Shown here: piece by piece, positions 34,664 to 47,437 of the stretch
Layout of the letters: each line of letters starts with the position of its first letter
Numbering within the stretch: the stretch's first letter is position 1
From: Rebecca billardiae RCC1528
Taxonomy: Eukaryota > Protista > Haptophyta
NCBI GenBank assembly: GCA_965240325.2
Contig: OZ251225.1
Location: forward strand, 868,001 to 932,000
Direction of reading: 5' to 3'
Length of the DNA: 64,000 bases
Notes under the pieces: model-generated
Told to the model about the DNA's origin: nothing
The model's database searches: none
Seen by the model: only the letters and a program-made list of their open reading frames with translations
Position numbers and translations under genes: made by a program

Positions 34664-35750
34664 AGTGGTCTCCCTGCTCAACGACCCACGCAATCACCCG
34701 TGCTTTGCTGAGCAGGGCAGCAGCACAACTTGCCATCAGGCCCGGCACACGCCGACAGCGTGTCGTCGTGTGACGGGCCCGGCGCCGCAGAGTGCCGCGG
34801 TTCACGTCCAGTGTCCCAGCATGCCATGCGCTAGAACTCACTCGGTGACCCCAGGTCGGCGTTTCCGCCTACCAAGGCTCGCACTGACCCCTTCAACGGT
34901 CAAAGCAGTCGAGCCTGGTAACGCCGTCGGACTGCACTTGATTGTTAGAATTGTTCATCTGTTAAAAATATATTTAGAGACTCATTTACTATGATGACGC
35001 GGGTCTCCTGATTCGTCGGCGGCAGTGCCCGATTGTCGACACGAAGTCGGCGTTGGTGGCAGAGCATAGCCTGCACCGCGATCGTAACTTAGCTTGAGCG
35101 CGGCCTTGATGAGCTGCTGGAGCGCGATCCACAGTCTGCACTGCGCGGCGGCACGCTCGGAATGGCCCTGCTGTGCCCCGAGCGAGGGCGATGGTGCAGG
35201 TCCGGATGTCAGCGACAGCTGGCAGTCTCAGCCGCTGGTAGCAGCTGGTCGAGCCTGCCCCGTGCTCCCCGAGCGGTCGCGTACGCGCCTGCCGCTCGAG
35301 CCAGCTGGCTGGCTGGCGGCGGCTGGCGCTGCGGCGTCGTCCAGCCGGTGCGCTTCGTCCGCGCTGCTGCGGCAGCTCCTCGTCCGGTCCAAGTCGTCGC
35401 CCGGGGGCGAGTCTCGGTCCTCGTGGAGCGGGGCAGCAGGGACTGGCGTGGGTGCAGCGGTCGGTGCCAGGCGCGCCGCCTTGCGCGCCTGGCGTTCCTT
35501 GACGGCGCGGCGCGTCGAGGAGCGATAAACGCGGCATTTAAATTAATTAATTATATTATCAGCACTCAGAGTGACTGCTAATTCAGATGCCAGGGCGACC
35601 GATGGCCGGAGGGCGGCCACAAGACGACGTCCTCATGCCCATGGGCACTGCCAGCATTGAAGTCTGGTGGTGCTGTGGCAGCACCATCAATGATATTATA
35701 TCGTCGTTGATCGAAGTGAATCGGTCAGGCTGACGACGGCGGCAGTCAGA

Positions 35751-36506
35751 TCACGCTGCGGCGGCCGCAGGCTCCTCATCCTCCGCGGCAGCCTCAGCAG
35801 CCGCCTCCGGCTCCGGCTCCGCCGGAGTCTCGTCGCTTGCCTCCTCGGCGGGTGGCGCCTGTGCAACTGCTGTCGCCGCTGTCGGGGCCTTGCGTGCCGT
35901 CGGGCCCGCCTCAATCTTCCTCTGCGGGTCCGGGTTCATTGCGAAGAGGTTGGCGGAGAGGGACACCATGTCGCCGTTCGCCGGGGCTGCTGAGAGGCCG
36001 AGCGAGGTGTACAGGTCGATGCGCTCCTTGTCGGCGGCGGGAACAGTGCATCGGACCTCGGCGCAGCCGTTCGCCTTGAGCATCTTCAGCGCCGCCAGCG
36101 CCGTCGCCTTCATGTACGACTTGCCTTTCGGCTTGCATGCGACGCTCATCAGCTCGCCGTTGGTCTCGATCCCGCCGGCCGCGCCCGCGGCCTTGTCCTT
36201 CACGCGCTTGAAGGTGTTGACAAGCGCAGAGGCAATCACCTCGCCATCCATCGTGGTGGCGACACAGCAGCTCTTGCACCCCACAAAGCTCGTGACAACC
36301 GCGCTCGGGAGCTTGCTCATCATCGCAATCTGCTCAGCATCCTGGGATGACGCCACGCGGAGCTCCCACGCGTCGCTCATGCGCGCGACCGCCGAGCGGC
36401 TGGTGTGGACGAACCGGCTGCGCACTGCCCCGCGAGATGCCACCACCGCTCGCGCCGCGCACGCGCCCTGGGCGAGGAAGGCGGCGAGGAAGAGGAGACT
36501 CCGCAT
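35751..36506 (-). CDS. Plastid-targeted hypothetical protein, degenerate GNAT-like fold with acidic Ala/Pro tail
   Basis: Signal peptide plus Arg/Ser-rich transit peptide; WELRVASSQDAEQI, GELMSVACKP and IDLYTSLGL follow a GNAT-like pattern. Confidence 0.7.
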   Translation of the reverse strand: MRSLLFLAAFLAQGACAARAVVASRGAVRSRFVHTSRSAVARMSDAWELRVASSQDAEQIAMMSKLPSAVVTSFVGCKSCCVATTMDGEVIASALVNTFKRVKDKAAGAAGGIETNGELMSVACKPKGKSYMKATALAALKMLKANGCAEVRCTVPAADKERIDLYTSLGLSAAPANGDMVSLSANLFAMNPDPQRKIEAGPTARKAPTAATAVAQAPPAEEASDETPAEPEPEAAAEAAAEDEEPAAAAA

Positions 36507-37350
36507 GACGACGACGGCGCGCGTGATGACGGAGTGCCAGGAGCCCGAGCAGAATCCTCGCGAAGGCTCCGGAAGCTTGGATTCCGAAGCAACCGTTGGC
36601 CGACGACGTGACGAACTCGATCAAAGGAATCGTTCGCGATCGCTCGACAGACGCTCGTGCTACAGTATTTATGATGGGGGTAGTGCTGCAGTCTGAGAGC
36701 AGCGATACAGAAACGTGAGTGCGGGATCGGCGGGGCGGGCGGGCTGGATCAACGACTACAACCTGCTTGATCGACGACCAAGAAGGCATGCAGCACGCGG
36801 AAGACGCGTGAATCTCAGCCAGATCGCCACGCTGGCGATCTGGCAAAAGATCAGCCCGCGGGACTGAGCGCAGGGTCATCGGCACGCGTTGCACAGCGCC
36901 GATTGTCATCCGGGCCACGTCTCAGTTCGGACCACCCGGCTCCGCTGGGTTCATGGCACCAAGAAGCACTGGTCACGGCTCAGAGCTGCTGTCTCGGCCG
37001 TCAGACATCACCGAGCAGCTACTTACAGCTCGCGCAAACCGGCTGAAGGTGTGCTGCCAGGTTCGGGCTACGGTGGCCGCAGCACGGCGGCAGAGTGACC
37101 GCTGACAGCAAGACAGCGATCAAGTTCACCAGCCCGGCGCAGGTGGCGGGCTTCAGAGTATGCGGACTCTATGCTACTCGAGGATCGACCGCAGAAAGCA
37201 TAGCCGTTCGGCACGCGCAGCAGCTTACCGCGAAGATGCGCGCATGTGCCGCAGTCGTGCGCCGGCCATCGTTCTAGTTGGCGACAATATTATGGGAACG
37301 CGACTTTTATACGAGTTTCAGATCTGGCTGCTCGGCCCGCGATCGTCACG

Positions 37351-37923
37351 ATGACGCTCGGCGCCGTGCTCGTTGCGCTGCTTGGCCTCTCGCCGCCGCT
37401 GCCAGCCGGCGTCAGGGCTGTGCACCCACGGAGAACCAGCCTGAGTAGAGCGCAGCCACGCTCTCTCGCCGATGGCACGAGTGAGCCCTCGCCGCGCCCA
37501 GCAGCGACACCGAGTGTAGACCTTTCACCGGAGGAGGTTGTCAGCACGTGCATGGATGCCCTGGCAGCGAACAACTTCCCGGACATCAACTCGGGGCTGG
37601 CCACATGCTACGCGTTCAGCAATGGTATGTGCCGTGCCGCGGTGGGCGCGTCTGTCGAGGAATTCATCGTGTACGCGCAGAACCCGGTCTTCCAGTCGAT
37701 GGTGGATGCACAGAAGTGGAGGGCGGATCCCATCAACATCCTCGAGTCGACCACCCCGACGCGCGGCGCCATGGCCACGCAAATGGTGCACGTGGTCAGC
37801 CGCCGAGGTGACACGCGCTCTTTCCTCTGGACTCTCCAGCAGGAGCGCCGCCCGCCACTTGCCGGCGCATGGCTCGTGTACCAGTGCCTGGCAAAGGATT
37901 ATGCGATCAGCCTGACCGTCTAG
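37351..37923 (+). CDS. Conserved hypothetical plastid-targeted protein (DUF4864-like)
   Basis: Bipartite presequence; LSPEEVVSTCMDALAANN..SGLATCYAFS and FLWTLQQERRPPLAGAWLV resemble algal and cyanobacterial unknown proteins. Confidence 0.65.
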   Translation: MTLGAVLVALLGLSPPLPAGVRAVHPRRTSLSRAQPRSLADGTSEPSPRPAATPSVDLSPEEVVSTCMDALAANNFPDINSGLATCYAFSNGMCRAAVGASVEEFIVYAQNPVFQSMVDAQKWRADPINILESTTPTRGAMATQMVHVVSRRGDTRSFLWTLQQERRPPLAGAWLVYQCLAKDYAISLTV

Positions 37924-39253
37924 CTCGTGGAGGCTGCGCTCGCCCTGGCCCCTCGGAGCTCGCGTGAGGTACTTGTGTGTGCCGCTGCTGGCGAGCAGCT
38001 TGTGGTGAAGCTTCCATGGCGAGGCTTCCAGGATGTCACTCGATTCGTGAGTCGCGTGCTGGCGTGGGGAGGCAGGGAATCAGGGATGCAAGACGCCAAC
38101 GGTCACTAATTCACACACCTACTACCGGGCTCCTGTGGTCCACGCGGCACGCGAAGCTACGCGGTGTCCTACCGCCTCGCGGCGGCGCCATGCCGCCCTC
38201 TCTGATGACGCAGTTGCTTACGGTCGCGCTCCGCTGCGAGCGGGCGGCCATAATATGTATCCAATATCTGAGCCGCGCCGGCGGCGTTGTCCCGCGTTCC
38301 GCACGGTGACGGCCGCGGCCCGCGCAGCCCCGCAGCGGCCGGCGGTCGCCACCGGTCCTGCCTCCTGGGCCTGGCCGCTTGCGACCAAACGTGAACGGCC
38401 GACCGCCGGCAGCGGCGCCGCCGACCCTGGCGGAACGGCGCGCCGGGCCCCGCTGAGACTCTGAAGTCTGAGCAAGCTCTGAGCTACTCGGACCGCTGCG
38501 GGCCTGCGGCGGCGGGGCCGTGCCCGTGTTGCCCACCGAGTCCGAGTGGGCGTGATACTGGCGGAGCGGGAGTGGCAGTCGATGCCACGGCACGGGCTGC
38601 CACCAGCTGCTACCTACAGGTATGAGCGGCTGAGACTCAGACCGTGCCGCGCCACGCGGCTGACATCCGGACCGCTGCACTTTCGCCCTTGCTCCGGCCG
38701 GGCAACAGACAGCACGGGTCCGCATGCGAGCCACGCAGCGCCTCAGTCAGGTGCGGTCTGGTGGATCGCGCTTGGCAGCACAGGCTGCCTGGCTGGCAGC
38801 ACTACGGAGTCTCACACGCATCTCAGGAGACGGCGGCGGGCTCGGCGGGCTCGGCGGCGGGAACGGCTCCGCGCGTGGCGGCGGCGGCGGCTGGGGCGGT
38901 GGCGACGGGGCGGCGGCGCGGCTGGAGGCGGAGCGGGCGGCCAGGCGACAGTGGCGGCGGTGACGGCGACGGTGGCGGCGGTGACGGGGATGGCGGCCAC
39001 AGCCGCGCCGCTGACCGCTCGCGAGTCGTCGGCCGCGCGTGTCGACGATCAGGCAGATCGGGCACTGCCGCCGACGAATCAGGAGACCCGCGTCGTCCTA
39101 CATGTGGCATCGTTAACTGAGCATAGATCAGAATGAGACCTGAGTAACCAGGAGTGACTTGAGTCTTGACTCAGTCGGTACTCAGTGTGCGGACACACGA
39201 AAATACTGTACTAATATGCTGTTCGAACTGCTGTTTTGAACGTGTTGCGCACT

Positions 39254-39324
39254 GCGCCTTTGGTCTAGTGGTATGATGTTCGCCTCCCACGCGAACGACC
39301 CGAGTTCGATTCTCGGAGGGCGCA
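39254..39324 (+). tRNA. tRNA-Gly (anticodon CCC)
   Basis: Acceptor stem GCGCCTT/AGGGCGC, D-arm TGGTCTAGTGGTATGA, anticodon arm TTCGC-CTCCCAC-GCGAA, T-loop GTTCGATTC, and a T-rich 3' flank. Confidence 0.96.
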
Positions 39325-39676
39325 TTTCTTGCCATTTTGGAGAGATTTTATTGTAGCTAGCTTCTCGCATTGCGGCATCGGCACCATGGCACTCAGCGCA
39401 CTGCCCGGCCGGGCACGCAAACCAGGCGCGTGCGGGGGTGTCACGCGCGCGCCCCATGGTGGGCGGCGGATCAATCCTGGCGGAGTGCGCCGCACAGTCG
39501 CCCAGGGACCGATCCTGGGACCAGAGAGGGATGCACGTTCAATGCTCTTGTGACTGCCGTGCCCCTCCGCGTCGGACTGCGCCCCAGGCCCTGTCAGCCC
39601 TCGGGGCCCCAGCTCGTCGCAGCGGTCGCGCACACACCGTGATTGGGACCGCAGCGACCACAATAGGGGCAGCTCC

Positions 39677-40537
39677 TCAGCCCGAAGCCGGCTCCGCATC
39701 GGTGCCGCCGCCACCCGCGCCCGCGGGCGCGCGTCGCTTCTCCGGCGGCGGCGCGGCCAGTCGGATCCCATCCTCTGGGATCAGCTCTCGCACCCATGTC
39801 TTGAGCGCCCACAGCGTGCCCAGGATCACGCCGATCGTGGCGACGGCCTTGGCTGAGTCGACGGCGTCGTCGGTGAGCTGCTCGCGGTGGGGAATGGCGT
39901 CGCGGACTGCCGTAAGCCCCGCGCTGGACGCCCAAGCGGCGAGCTCGGGCAGCAGTGCGCTCAGGCGTGCGGCCCACGCCGTCGCGCGGGCGCGCGCGTT
40001 GCCCCACGTGCCCGTGGCGGTGAACATGATCGCCTGCACCGCGCAGAAGTAGGCCGCGTACCGCGCGAGGGATGGCTTGCGAGGCGTCCGCGGGACAGCG
40101 GGCGGCGGAGGAGCCGTCGCAGGAGCCGCCGCCTGCACCGGCGGACCCCGTGCGCGCGTGTTGCTCGCGCCTGTGCTGCGCGGAGTTGTGGCGAGCCGTA
40201 TCCCGTCGGCGGGGATGAGAGCGCGGATGCGGTCCTGCAAGGCCCATATGGCGAGCAGCACGACTGTTATCGCCGCGACCGCTGCGAGCGAGTCGTCCTC
40301 GTCGGCGGCGGCGAGCGGTTCGCGGTCGCGCAAGCCAGCGCCCAGCCCGAGAAGCGCGCGCGCGCGCGTTATGCTCGCCGTCGCCCTGGCGTAGGCGCCG
40401 TCCCATCGACCAGTCGCGGTGAGCATGACCACCTGCACCGCGCCAAACATGGCGACATGGCACGTGAGCGCAGACGGCCGCCAGCGCGGCTTTGGCGCCG
40501 ATTCGCCCGCGCGCTCCGTGGCGGCATCGGCAGGCAT
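39677..40537 (-). CDS. Hypothetical membrane protein made of two tandem homologous modules
   Basis: AVQxxMxTATGxW..ARATA..IxVxLxxxWAL..xRxLIPxDGIRLA occurs twice. Confidence 0.65.
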   Translation of the reverse strand: MPADAATERAGESAPKPRWRPSALTCHVAMFGAVQVVMLTATGRWDGAYARATASITRARALLGLGAGLRDREPLAAADEDDSLAAVAAITVVLLAIWALQDRIRALIPADGIRLATTPRSTGASNTRARGPPVQAAAPATAPPPPAVPRTPRKPSLARYAAYFCAVQAIMFTATGTWGNARARATAWAARLSALLPELAAWASSAGLTAVRDAIPHREQLTDDAVDSAKAVATIGVILGTLWALKTWVRELIPEDGIRLAAPPPEKRRAPAGAGGGGTDAEPASG

Positions 40538-40683
40538 ACTGCCGAGATGCGTCCGCCCACCTGATCAAGAGCGAAGCTGCACAGAGCCTGGAAAGTGGAA
40601 AGGCGGAAAGCCGGTCCTGGGCAGGCGGTGGCCGAGCGGGAGCTGGGCGTCCGCGTCAGCGCGTGGCGTCGTCACGACGCAGC

Positions 40684-41285
40684 ATGGACGCGTCTGCGGA
40701 GGAGGCGCTCGCGGCGCACCTGCTCGGCGCGCTGGGCGGCGAGCCAGCGGCGCGGCTGGCGCACGAGCGCGCGCTGCAGGCGGCGCAGGCGCAGCCCGGC
40801 GCGCTCGTCCCGCTCCTATCCGCCGCCTCGCGCGCCTCGCTCCCGCCGGACGCGCGGCTGCTCGCCGCGCTGTGCGCCAAGCACGCGATCGAGCAGCGCT
40901 GGTCGCCGCGCGGCGGCCACGCGGCCGGCGCGGCGGCCGCGCTCAGCCCCGAGGAGAAGGCGGCCGTGCGTTCGCGCCTGCTCGTCCTCGCCGTCGACGC
41001 GGGCGCCGACCCGCGCGTCGCCGCGCACGCCGCGCTCGCGCTCGCGCGGGTGTCGCGCACCGACGGCGCCGCCGCGGGCTTCCCCGAGCTGCTGCCTGCG
41101 CTGGTCGAGGCGTCGCGCCGCGCGGACGACGCGCAGAGCGTGCAGGGGCTGCGCGCGCTGCACCGCGTCGTGAAGGAGCTCGCCTCGCGCCGGCTGCTGC
41201 CGCACAAGCGCGAGCTGTGCTCGCTCGCGCCCGAGCTGTCCGCGGCCGTGCGCTCGCTCTGGGAGCGGCACGCGTCCGCGGCGCT

Positions 41286-41318
<33 letters not shown>

Positions 41319-43920
41319 TCGCGCGCTCGGGCTGGAGGGCGCGGCGCTGTGCGTCAAGGCGATGCGCCAGCTCCTCGTCCACGGCCACGTCTCGCTCCGC
41401 GCCTCCACCTCGGCGCACGCGGACGCGGCGCGCGAGCACGCTGACGCGCTCTCACGCTCGCTCGGCGCGCTCCCGCCGCTGCTGAGCGGCGAGGCGGAGG
41501 AGCGCGCGGCGGCGCTGGCGCGCGCGACGCTCAAGCTCGTGGCGGGGGTGCACGAGCGCCACGGCGCCGCCGCGCTCGGCGAGGCCGGCGCGGCCGCCGC
41601 CGTGCGCTTCGCGCACGGCGTGGTGGTGGGCAGCGGCGACGGAGCGGCGCTCGGGTGGGCGGGCGCGGCCGGCGCGCGCGCGGAGAGACTGTGGGCACGG
41701 TGCGCCACGCTGCTCGCGCGCGTGCTCGGCGCGCCGGACGACGAGGGCGGCGCGCCGAGCGCGGCCGCGCCCGACGCGCCGCCGCCGTGGGGCGCGCGCG
41801 CGCGCGCCGAGCTCGTCGCGAGCGGCGGCGTGGGCGCGCTCGCGCGCGCGCTCGTCACAACCGGGCTGCCGCTGCGCGCCGCCGACTGGGACGAATGGAC
41901 CGAGGAGCCCGAGGAGGTGGTGGGCGCGGAGCTCGCGGCGGCGGCGGCGGCGGCGGACGTCGCGGCCGCCGCGGCGAGCGGCGGCGCCGGCGCGCAGCTC
42001 GACGCGGCCTCCGTCGAGGCGCTCGCCGAGTCGCCCGCGCCGCGCGACGCGGCGCGATTCGGTCTGCTCGCGCTCGGCGGCGCGGCGGACGCGGGCGTGC
42101 GTGGCGCCGCGCAGGCGGCCGTGCTGGCGCTCGCCGAGGCGACGGCGGGCGCGACGGCGGGCGACGAGGGCGAGCACGCGAGCGTCGCGCGCGACGCCGC
42201 GCTCCACGGCGCGCTGCTCGCGCTCGCGCCGGACGCGCGCGCGGCTGACGCGCGGCTGCGCGCGCTGCGCGCGGCGGTGGGCGCGGCCGGCGCGGCGCGG
42301 CGAGGCGGCGCGCGGCGCGCGGCCGCGCTCGCGCGCATGCGCGGCGCGTGGGCCGCGACGATCGCGCTGGGCGGCGGCTGGCTCGGCGACGACGCGGATG
42401 GCGCGGACGCGCGCGCTACGCTCGAGCTCGTCGCCGCGCTCGTCGCCGACCCCGACGCCGCCGTCGCGCTCGCCGCGGTCGCGGCGGTGCGCGCATCTCT
42501 CGACTCGAGGGCGGCCGGCGGCGCCGCGGCCGCGGAGCGCGCGGCCGCGCTCAGCCGCGCGGCGCTGGAGCCGCTGCTGCGCGCGGCGGCGACGGGCGCC
42601 GACGCGGGCGGCCTCGCGCGCGCGGACGCGCGCTGGCGCGTGCTCGCCGTCCTGCCGCGCGCGCTCGAGGCGGCGTGCCCGCCCGGCGCGGCGGAGGCGA
42701 TCGGCGCGGGCGATGCGGCCGCGGCCGACGCGGCCGCGCCCGCGGCGCACGCGTGCGTGCGCGCGCTCGGCGCGCTCTGGGCTGCGGCGGCGAGCGAGCA
42801 GCTGCTGGCCGAGGCGACGGCGGACCTGGCGGCGAGCGCGCTGCGGCTGTGCGGGCCCGCCCTCGCGCACGCCGCCGTCGACGCCGCGACGCCGCTCATC
42901 GCCGCGTCGGTCCACGCCTCCGCCGGCGTCGGGCTCGTCGAGCGCGGCGTCGCGCTGTGGCTTGCCGCGCTGGCGTGTGCAGTGCGAGCGCCCGGCGGCG
43001 GCGCCGCGCTGCTGGGCGGCGGGCTGGGCGCGCTCGCGCCGCGCGCGCTGGCGCTCGCGGCCGAGTCGGCGGGCGAGGCGGAGCACGCGCGCGCCGCGTA
43101 CCACGTCCTCGGCTGGTACGTGCTGCTCGGCGGCTCGGCGGCGGTGAGCGCGCAGCTCGGCGACGCTGTCGCGCGCGCGCTCGCTGTCGCGGCCGACGCG
43201 GCGTCCGCGGGCGACGCGCGCGGGCGGCGCGGCGTGCTCGCCGCGCTCGAGCTCGCGGACGCGTGCCTCCGCGTCGCGCCCGACGCGGCGCCCGGCGCGC
43301 TCGCGCCCGCGCTGGCCGGCGCGCTGCGCGCACTCGCCGCCGCCGCCGCCGCGCCGCCGCGCGCAGGCGCGGACGAGCTCCTGCTCGGCGGGTGCGCGTG
43401 CGTCGCCGCGCGGCTGTGCTGGGCGCGGCCTGACGCGCTGGCCGAGCTGCTGGCGCGCGCGGGCGCGCCGCTCGAGGCGCTCGTGGACGGCTGGCTCGAG
43501 GCGGCCGAGTGCGTGGTCCTCGCGCGCGGCCGCGCGCTCTGCGCCGCCGCGCTGCTGCGCCTCGCCGTGCACACGGATGCGGCGCGCTCGCGCGCGCCGC
43601 CTGTCCTCGCGTACGCTGCCGGCGTCGTCTGCGACGCGCGCGCGCGCGACGCGCGGCCGGGCGGAGGCGGCGGCGGCGCGGCGGCGGCGCGCGCGGGCGG
43701 GCCGTTCGGCGCGGCGCTCGACGCGCGCGCGCCCGACGATCTCGGCAGCGGCGGGGCGGCCTCGCGCGCGCTGCGCGACGCGGTGGATGCGCTGGGCGGC
43801 GAGGCGGCGCTCGCGGCCCTCGAGCCCCACGTCGCGCAACAGCTGAGGCTCGCGCTCAGCGCGCCCGAGGTGGAGGCCGCGACGACGACTGCGACGCCGC
43901 AGGCAGGGGGCGCGCCGTGA
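40684..43920 (+). CDS. Importin-beta family HEAT protein (importin-11-like), extremely Ala-rich
   Basis: IBN_N-like RLLAALCAKHAIEQRW..EEKAAVRSRLL..ARVSRTD..FPELLPAL, ALHRVVKELASRRL and WDEWTEEPEE. Confidence 0.78.
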
Positions 43921-45110
43921 GGGTCACGCCGCACTAGACTCTACGGCCTCTCACACCTGGCCAGGCGTACGGTGACACTAGCGCGAGCTACTGCCACTGG
44001 CAGGCTGGCAGCAGCGCGCGTGCTGCGTCAGAGTCTGCGGTATTGTCATAGTCCGGTAGCCATTAATCATTATGCCTGCCAGGTCAAGGTGTCTATGACT
44101 ACTATGGTCATGGAGCGCTCCGGTTGGAACTTGAGCGGGGGTGGAACTTGACCCCACATTCTGAGCAAGCGCTCGCTTCGCGGTGCGGCAGGCCTTGGAT
44201 AGACCAGGCAGACATGTCGCGACCGCATTACCGGGCCATGCGCGCACCACATCGTCGACAAGCGCAGAGCGGGCGCGCGGGAGTTTGACCAACTCGTGTA
44301 CCTTCTTGCAAGCACCAGCGGCGATGTCGCAAGCCGAACCTTGACCAGCCGTGGAACTTGAGCTGGTCGGCAGCAAAACACCGCATGGCCCCGGATCAAG
44401 TTAGCAGCGTGCGAGGAGGAGGCACGGTGCGCGTCCGCGGCTGGCGAGAGGCGTCCGGATCGTGCCGTTCTCGGCCGCGCCCGCGCGCTTCCCGCCGCCA
44501 CGGGCCCCGTGTACGCCCGTCGTCGCCCTCGCCGCGTGGGCGCCAAACCGGGCTCAAGTTCCAACGAGCGCTCCATATTTATAATTCTGTGTAGACAATA
44601 GATGATGATAGGTAGGGTCAGGGTGAGCAATCTGAGAATCCTCGGAAGATTTGGTTGGTTCGGTTCAGAAAAAAAAACCCTTGGGAAACCCTGGCAAAAG
44701 CCTGAAACGCGGAAGATTGCTGTCCTCGAAGCACTGAACTTGGACATAGGACGTTGAGGCCAAGTTAAAAGCGCCTCGCTATATCTTGCGTGGAATCAGG
44801 CTCGCTCTCAGAGGATTCTGAGCGCTTTTATTGTGGGAAGGTTCGTCCGCCGACAGATCAAACGTGCGACCCGACCCTTGCAACACTCGTCCGGGACAGC
44901 TGGACCAAGCGGTGCAACGACAGTGCCGAGCCACCCTGAACGACCTCTTTGGCCACGAGACCTCCGCGGCGGCGATTCGTTCGCCGCGAGGTCGCCGAGG
45001 GAGAGTCGCCCACGGTTTGCGTGGCGAGCGAGCCCGACGCTGCGCACATCGAGTACGCCGACGCCGCGATCGTCGAGCGGCCCGCGAGCGAAGCGTCGGA
45101 GCTGACGCCG

Positions 45111-46154
45111 ATGCCGGAAGTGTCGGCACCTGCGCCCGCACCGGCCGTCTCGGTGGGCTCGCCTGCCGACGATGCGGCGCTAGCCGCGGGGGTCGCGGCA
45201 GCGCCCGCCACCTCGGATATCATCCCCATAGGTCCTCCAGCCGCGACGTCCCACTCCATCTCCACGCGCGACCCCGACACGGACGCCGGCTCCGAGCCGC
45301 GCGGCAGCACGCGCAAGTACGGCATCAAGTACAAGGGCGTGTACGCGTGCAAGGACTCGGGCGGCAAGTGCTGGCAGGCGCAGATTAGCATTCGCGGCTC
45401 AACGCACCACCTCGGCGTCTTCCACTCCGCCGAGGACGCGGCGCGCGCGTACGACGAGCAGGCGCGCGCACTGCAGCGCCAGCCCAACTTCCCGCTCGCC
45501 GAGGGCGAGGAGCCGCCGCCGCCGCCGCAGCCGCGCTCGGGGCGCAAGCGCAAGCTGCACGGCGTGGGCGCCGACGTGAGTCCGCCTGGCGTGGCCGAGC
45601 GAGGAGCGCTCGCGTGTGGCGCCCACGCCGCGGAGCAGGGGCCGCTCTGGGTGCGCCACCCCATTGACCAGCAGCAGCTCAGCGCCTTCTGGCACGGCAC
45701 GGGCGTCGCTGGCGCGGGCGCCGGCGCCGGCGCCGCGCCGCCCGCTCAGCCGCTCTCGCCGCACAAGTCGAGCAGCGTGGTGGTGTCATCGGCGGCCGCG
45801 CCGGCAAACGGTGCCCTGCCCATGTATGGCGGCATGATGCCCGCTGGGTACGCGCCAGCGCTCAACGCGCTGGCACAGCAGCAGCTCATGCTGCGCGCGC
45901 TCGCGCAAGGAGCAGCTTGCGCGCACGCCGGCGGCGCCTCGGCGGGTCAGAACAGCCCGCGCGAAAGCGCCACAGCGCGTAGTGGCGTCAGCGGCCCAGC
46001 GCCCGTGAGTGCATCCGCCGCGCCAACCGATGGCGCGGCAGCGCTACTCATGGCCGCGGCATACGCCAGGGAGCACCAGGCCCTCTCGGCGGGCCCGTGC
46101 CCACCGGCCGTCATGGGGCACGCGGCGGCGCCGACTCCGAGCCACTTGGCGTGA
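45111..46154 (+). CDS. AP2/ERF-domain transcription factor, paralogue 1 (start uncertain)
   Basis: KYKGVYACKDSGGKCWQAQISIRGSTHHLGVFHSAEDAARAYDEQAR..PNFP. Confidence 0.85.
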   Translation: MPEVSAPAPAPAVSVGSPADDAALAAGVAAAPATSDIIPIGPPAATSHSISTRDPDTDAGSEPRGSTRKYGIKYKGVYACKDSGGKCWQAQISIRGSTHHLGVFHSAEDAARAYDEQARALQRQPNFPLAEGEEPPPPPQPRSGRKRKLHGVGADVSPPGVAERGALACGAHAAEQGPLWVRHPIDQQQLSAFWHGTGVAGAGAGAGAAPPAQPLSPHKSSSVVVSSAAAPANGALPMYGGMMPAGYAPALNALAQQQLMLRALAQGAACAHAGGASAGQNSPRESATARSGVSGPAPVSASAAPTDGAAALLMAAAYAREHQALSAGPCPPAVMGHAAAPTPSHLA

Positions 46155-47042
46155 CCCTAGCTACGCGCGACCGAGGGCTCGTGAGGCGTGCCGGCGTGAC
46201 GCTGTCGACGGGCTCATGGTGAACATTCGGCGCAGCCGCCAGCCGGCGCGGCGGAGCCTGCCGTGCTCGGGATCGGCCGACGAGCACCACGCCATTGCGC
46301 CGGTGCGTTCAACTTCGACTTGGCCAACAGAACGTTCACGTTGTCCAAACGGACGTGGTCTGACTAACAGCTGCGTGATCCGCGCCGCACCGCCTCCGCA
46401 GCCGGGAGCCGTCGCGCCGTCGGGCCTGACTTGGCTGCCCGGTGCCCCGGGCGCGGCCCGAGTGAGTGCCCGAGTCGCCTCGCAGCTCGCCCTGCCGCCT
46501 GCGGCCTGGTGCCTCGGTGACGGTCCGGCGTCATCGCGGTCAGCGGCACTCCGAGGAGTCAGGGTGAGGGTCCGGCACGGCGGGCCACGGACACTCGCAG
46601 GCGGCACTGCTGATTGGAGTTCCGTGCGGGCCGCGCGGTGCCGGCTGCCGCGCGCGGCACGGCTATCTCCACCGCCGCCAACTAGCGGCCGGCAAGACTG
46701 CACGTCACATGATGCTCAAAGCTTGAAACACTTCAGGCGACGGATGGACCAAGGACCCCAGTTTCTCCCGGGTAACAATTCCTCTAACTATTACTCACCC
46801 CCGTCGCGCCCGTGAAAAGTGTTACGGGCCGAGCGTAGCAGTAACATGTAACACTCTCACGCCGGACTCACGCCCGGACTGCGGGTGTCTGACCGAGCCG
46901 CACTCGCCGCCCGTGACTAAACGCCCTGGCTGAGCACACTGTCAGCCATCGTTTTCACTTGAGACCGTCGGTGGCGTCGGTCTCGGATTCTCGCGGCCCG
47001 TTGCCGGCCAGTCCGGGTCCGGGTCCGGGGCCGGGCGGGTGG

Positions 47043-47437
47043 CGTAACACGTAACAAGTCCGGCGCGGCGAGTCCGGGAGCCGACCGGTCCAGGTCCGGG
47101 GCGGGCGGGCCGCCCGGGCCGGGCCCGGGAGGAGGCCCCCTGTAACAGCTGTAACACCGTAACACGTAACACAATGGCGCCGCTCGGCCGCGGCCCGTCG
47201 GCCCGGTGAAAAAATGGCGGCGGGGCGCGCGGCGCGCAGCGTCGCGCTCGGTGCGCTCGGCGGGGCTCGAGGAACGACTGCGGACGGGCGAGCGCGCACG
47301 GGCGCGAGCACGAGTCGCGTCGCCCGCGCCCCTCCCCGAGCGACCTGCCGCCGCGTCTCGCGACGATGGCGCAGTGGCCGCTCGTCCGTGGCCGCGTGAA
47401 AAAATGGCGGCGGGGCGCGCGGCGCGCAGCGTCGCGC
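47043..47437. repeat. Left arm of ~395-bp inverted repeat (right arm 48920-49312)
   Basis: Near-identical reverse complement. Each arm holds two TGAAAAAATGGCGGCGGGGCGCGCGGCGCGCAGCGTCGCGC boxes 190 bp apart plus TGTTAC/GTAACA clusters. Confidence 0.92.

Noticed and set aside
40656-43934. Long antisense and alternate-frame ORFs (also 1897-3828, 19498-21585, 55112-56629 and others)
   Set aside because: Shadow ORFs expected at this GC content opposite real genes; they contain no motifs.
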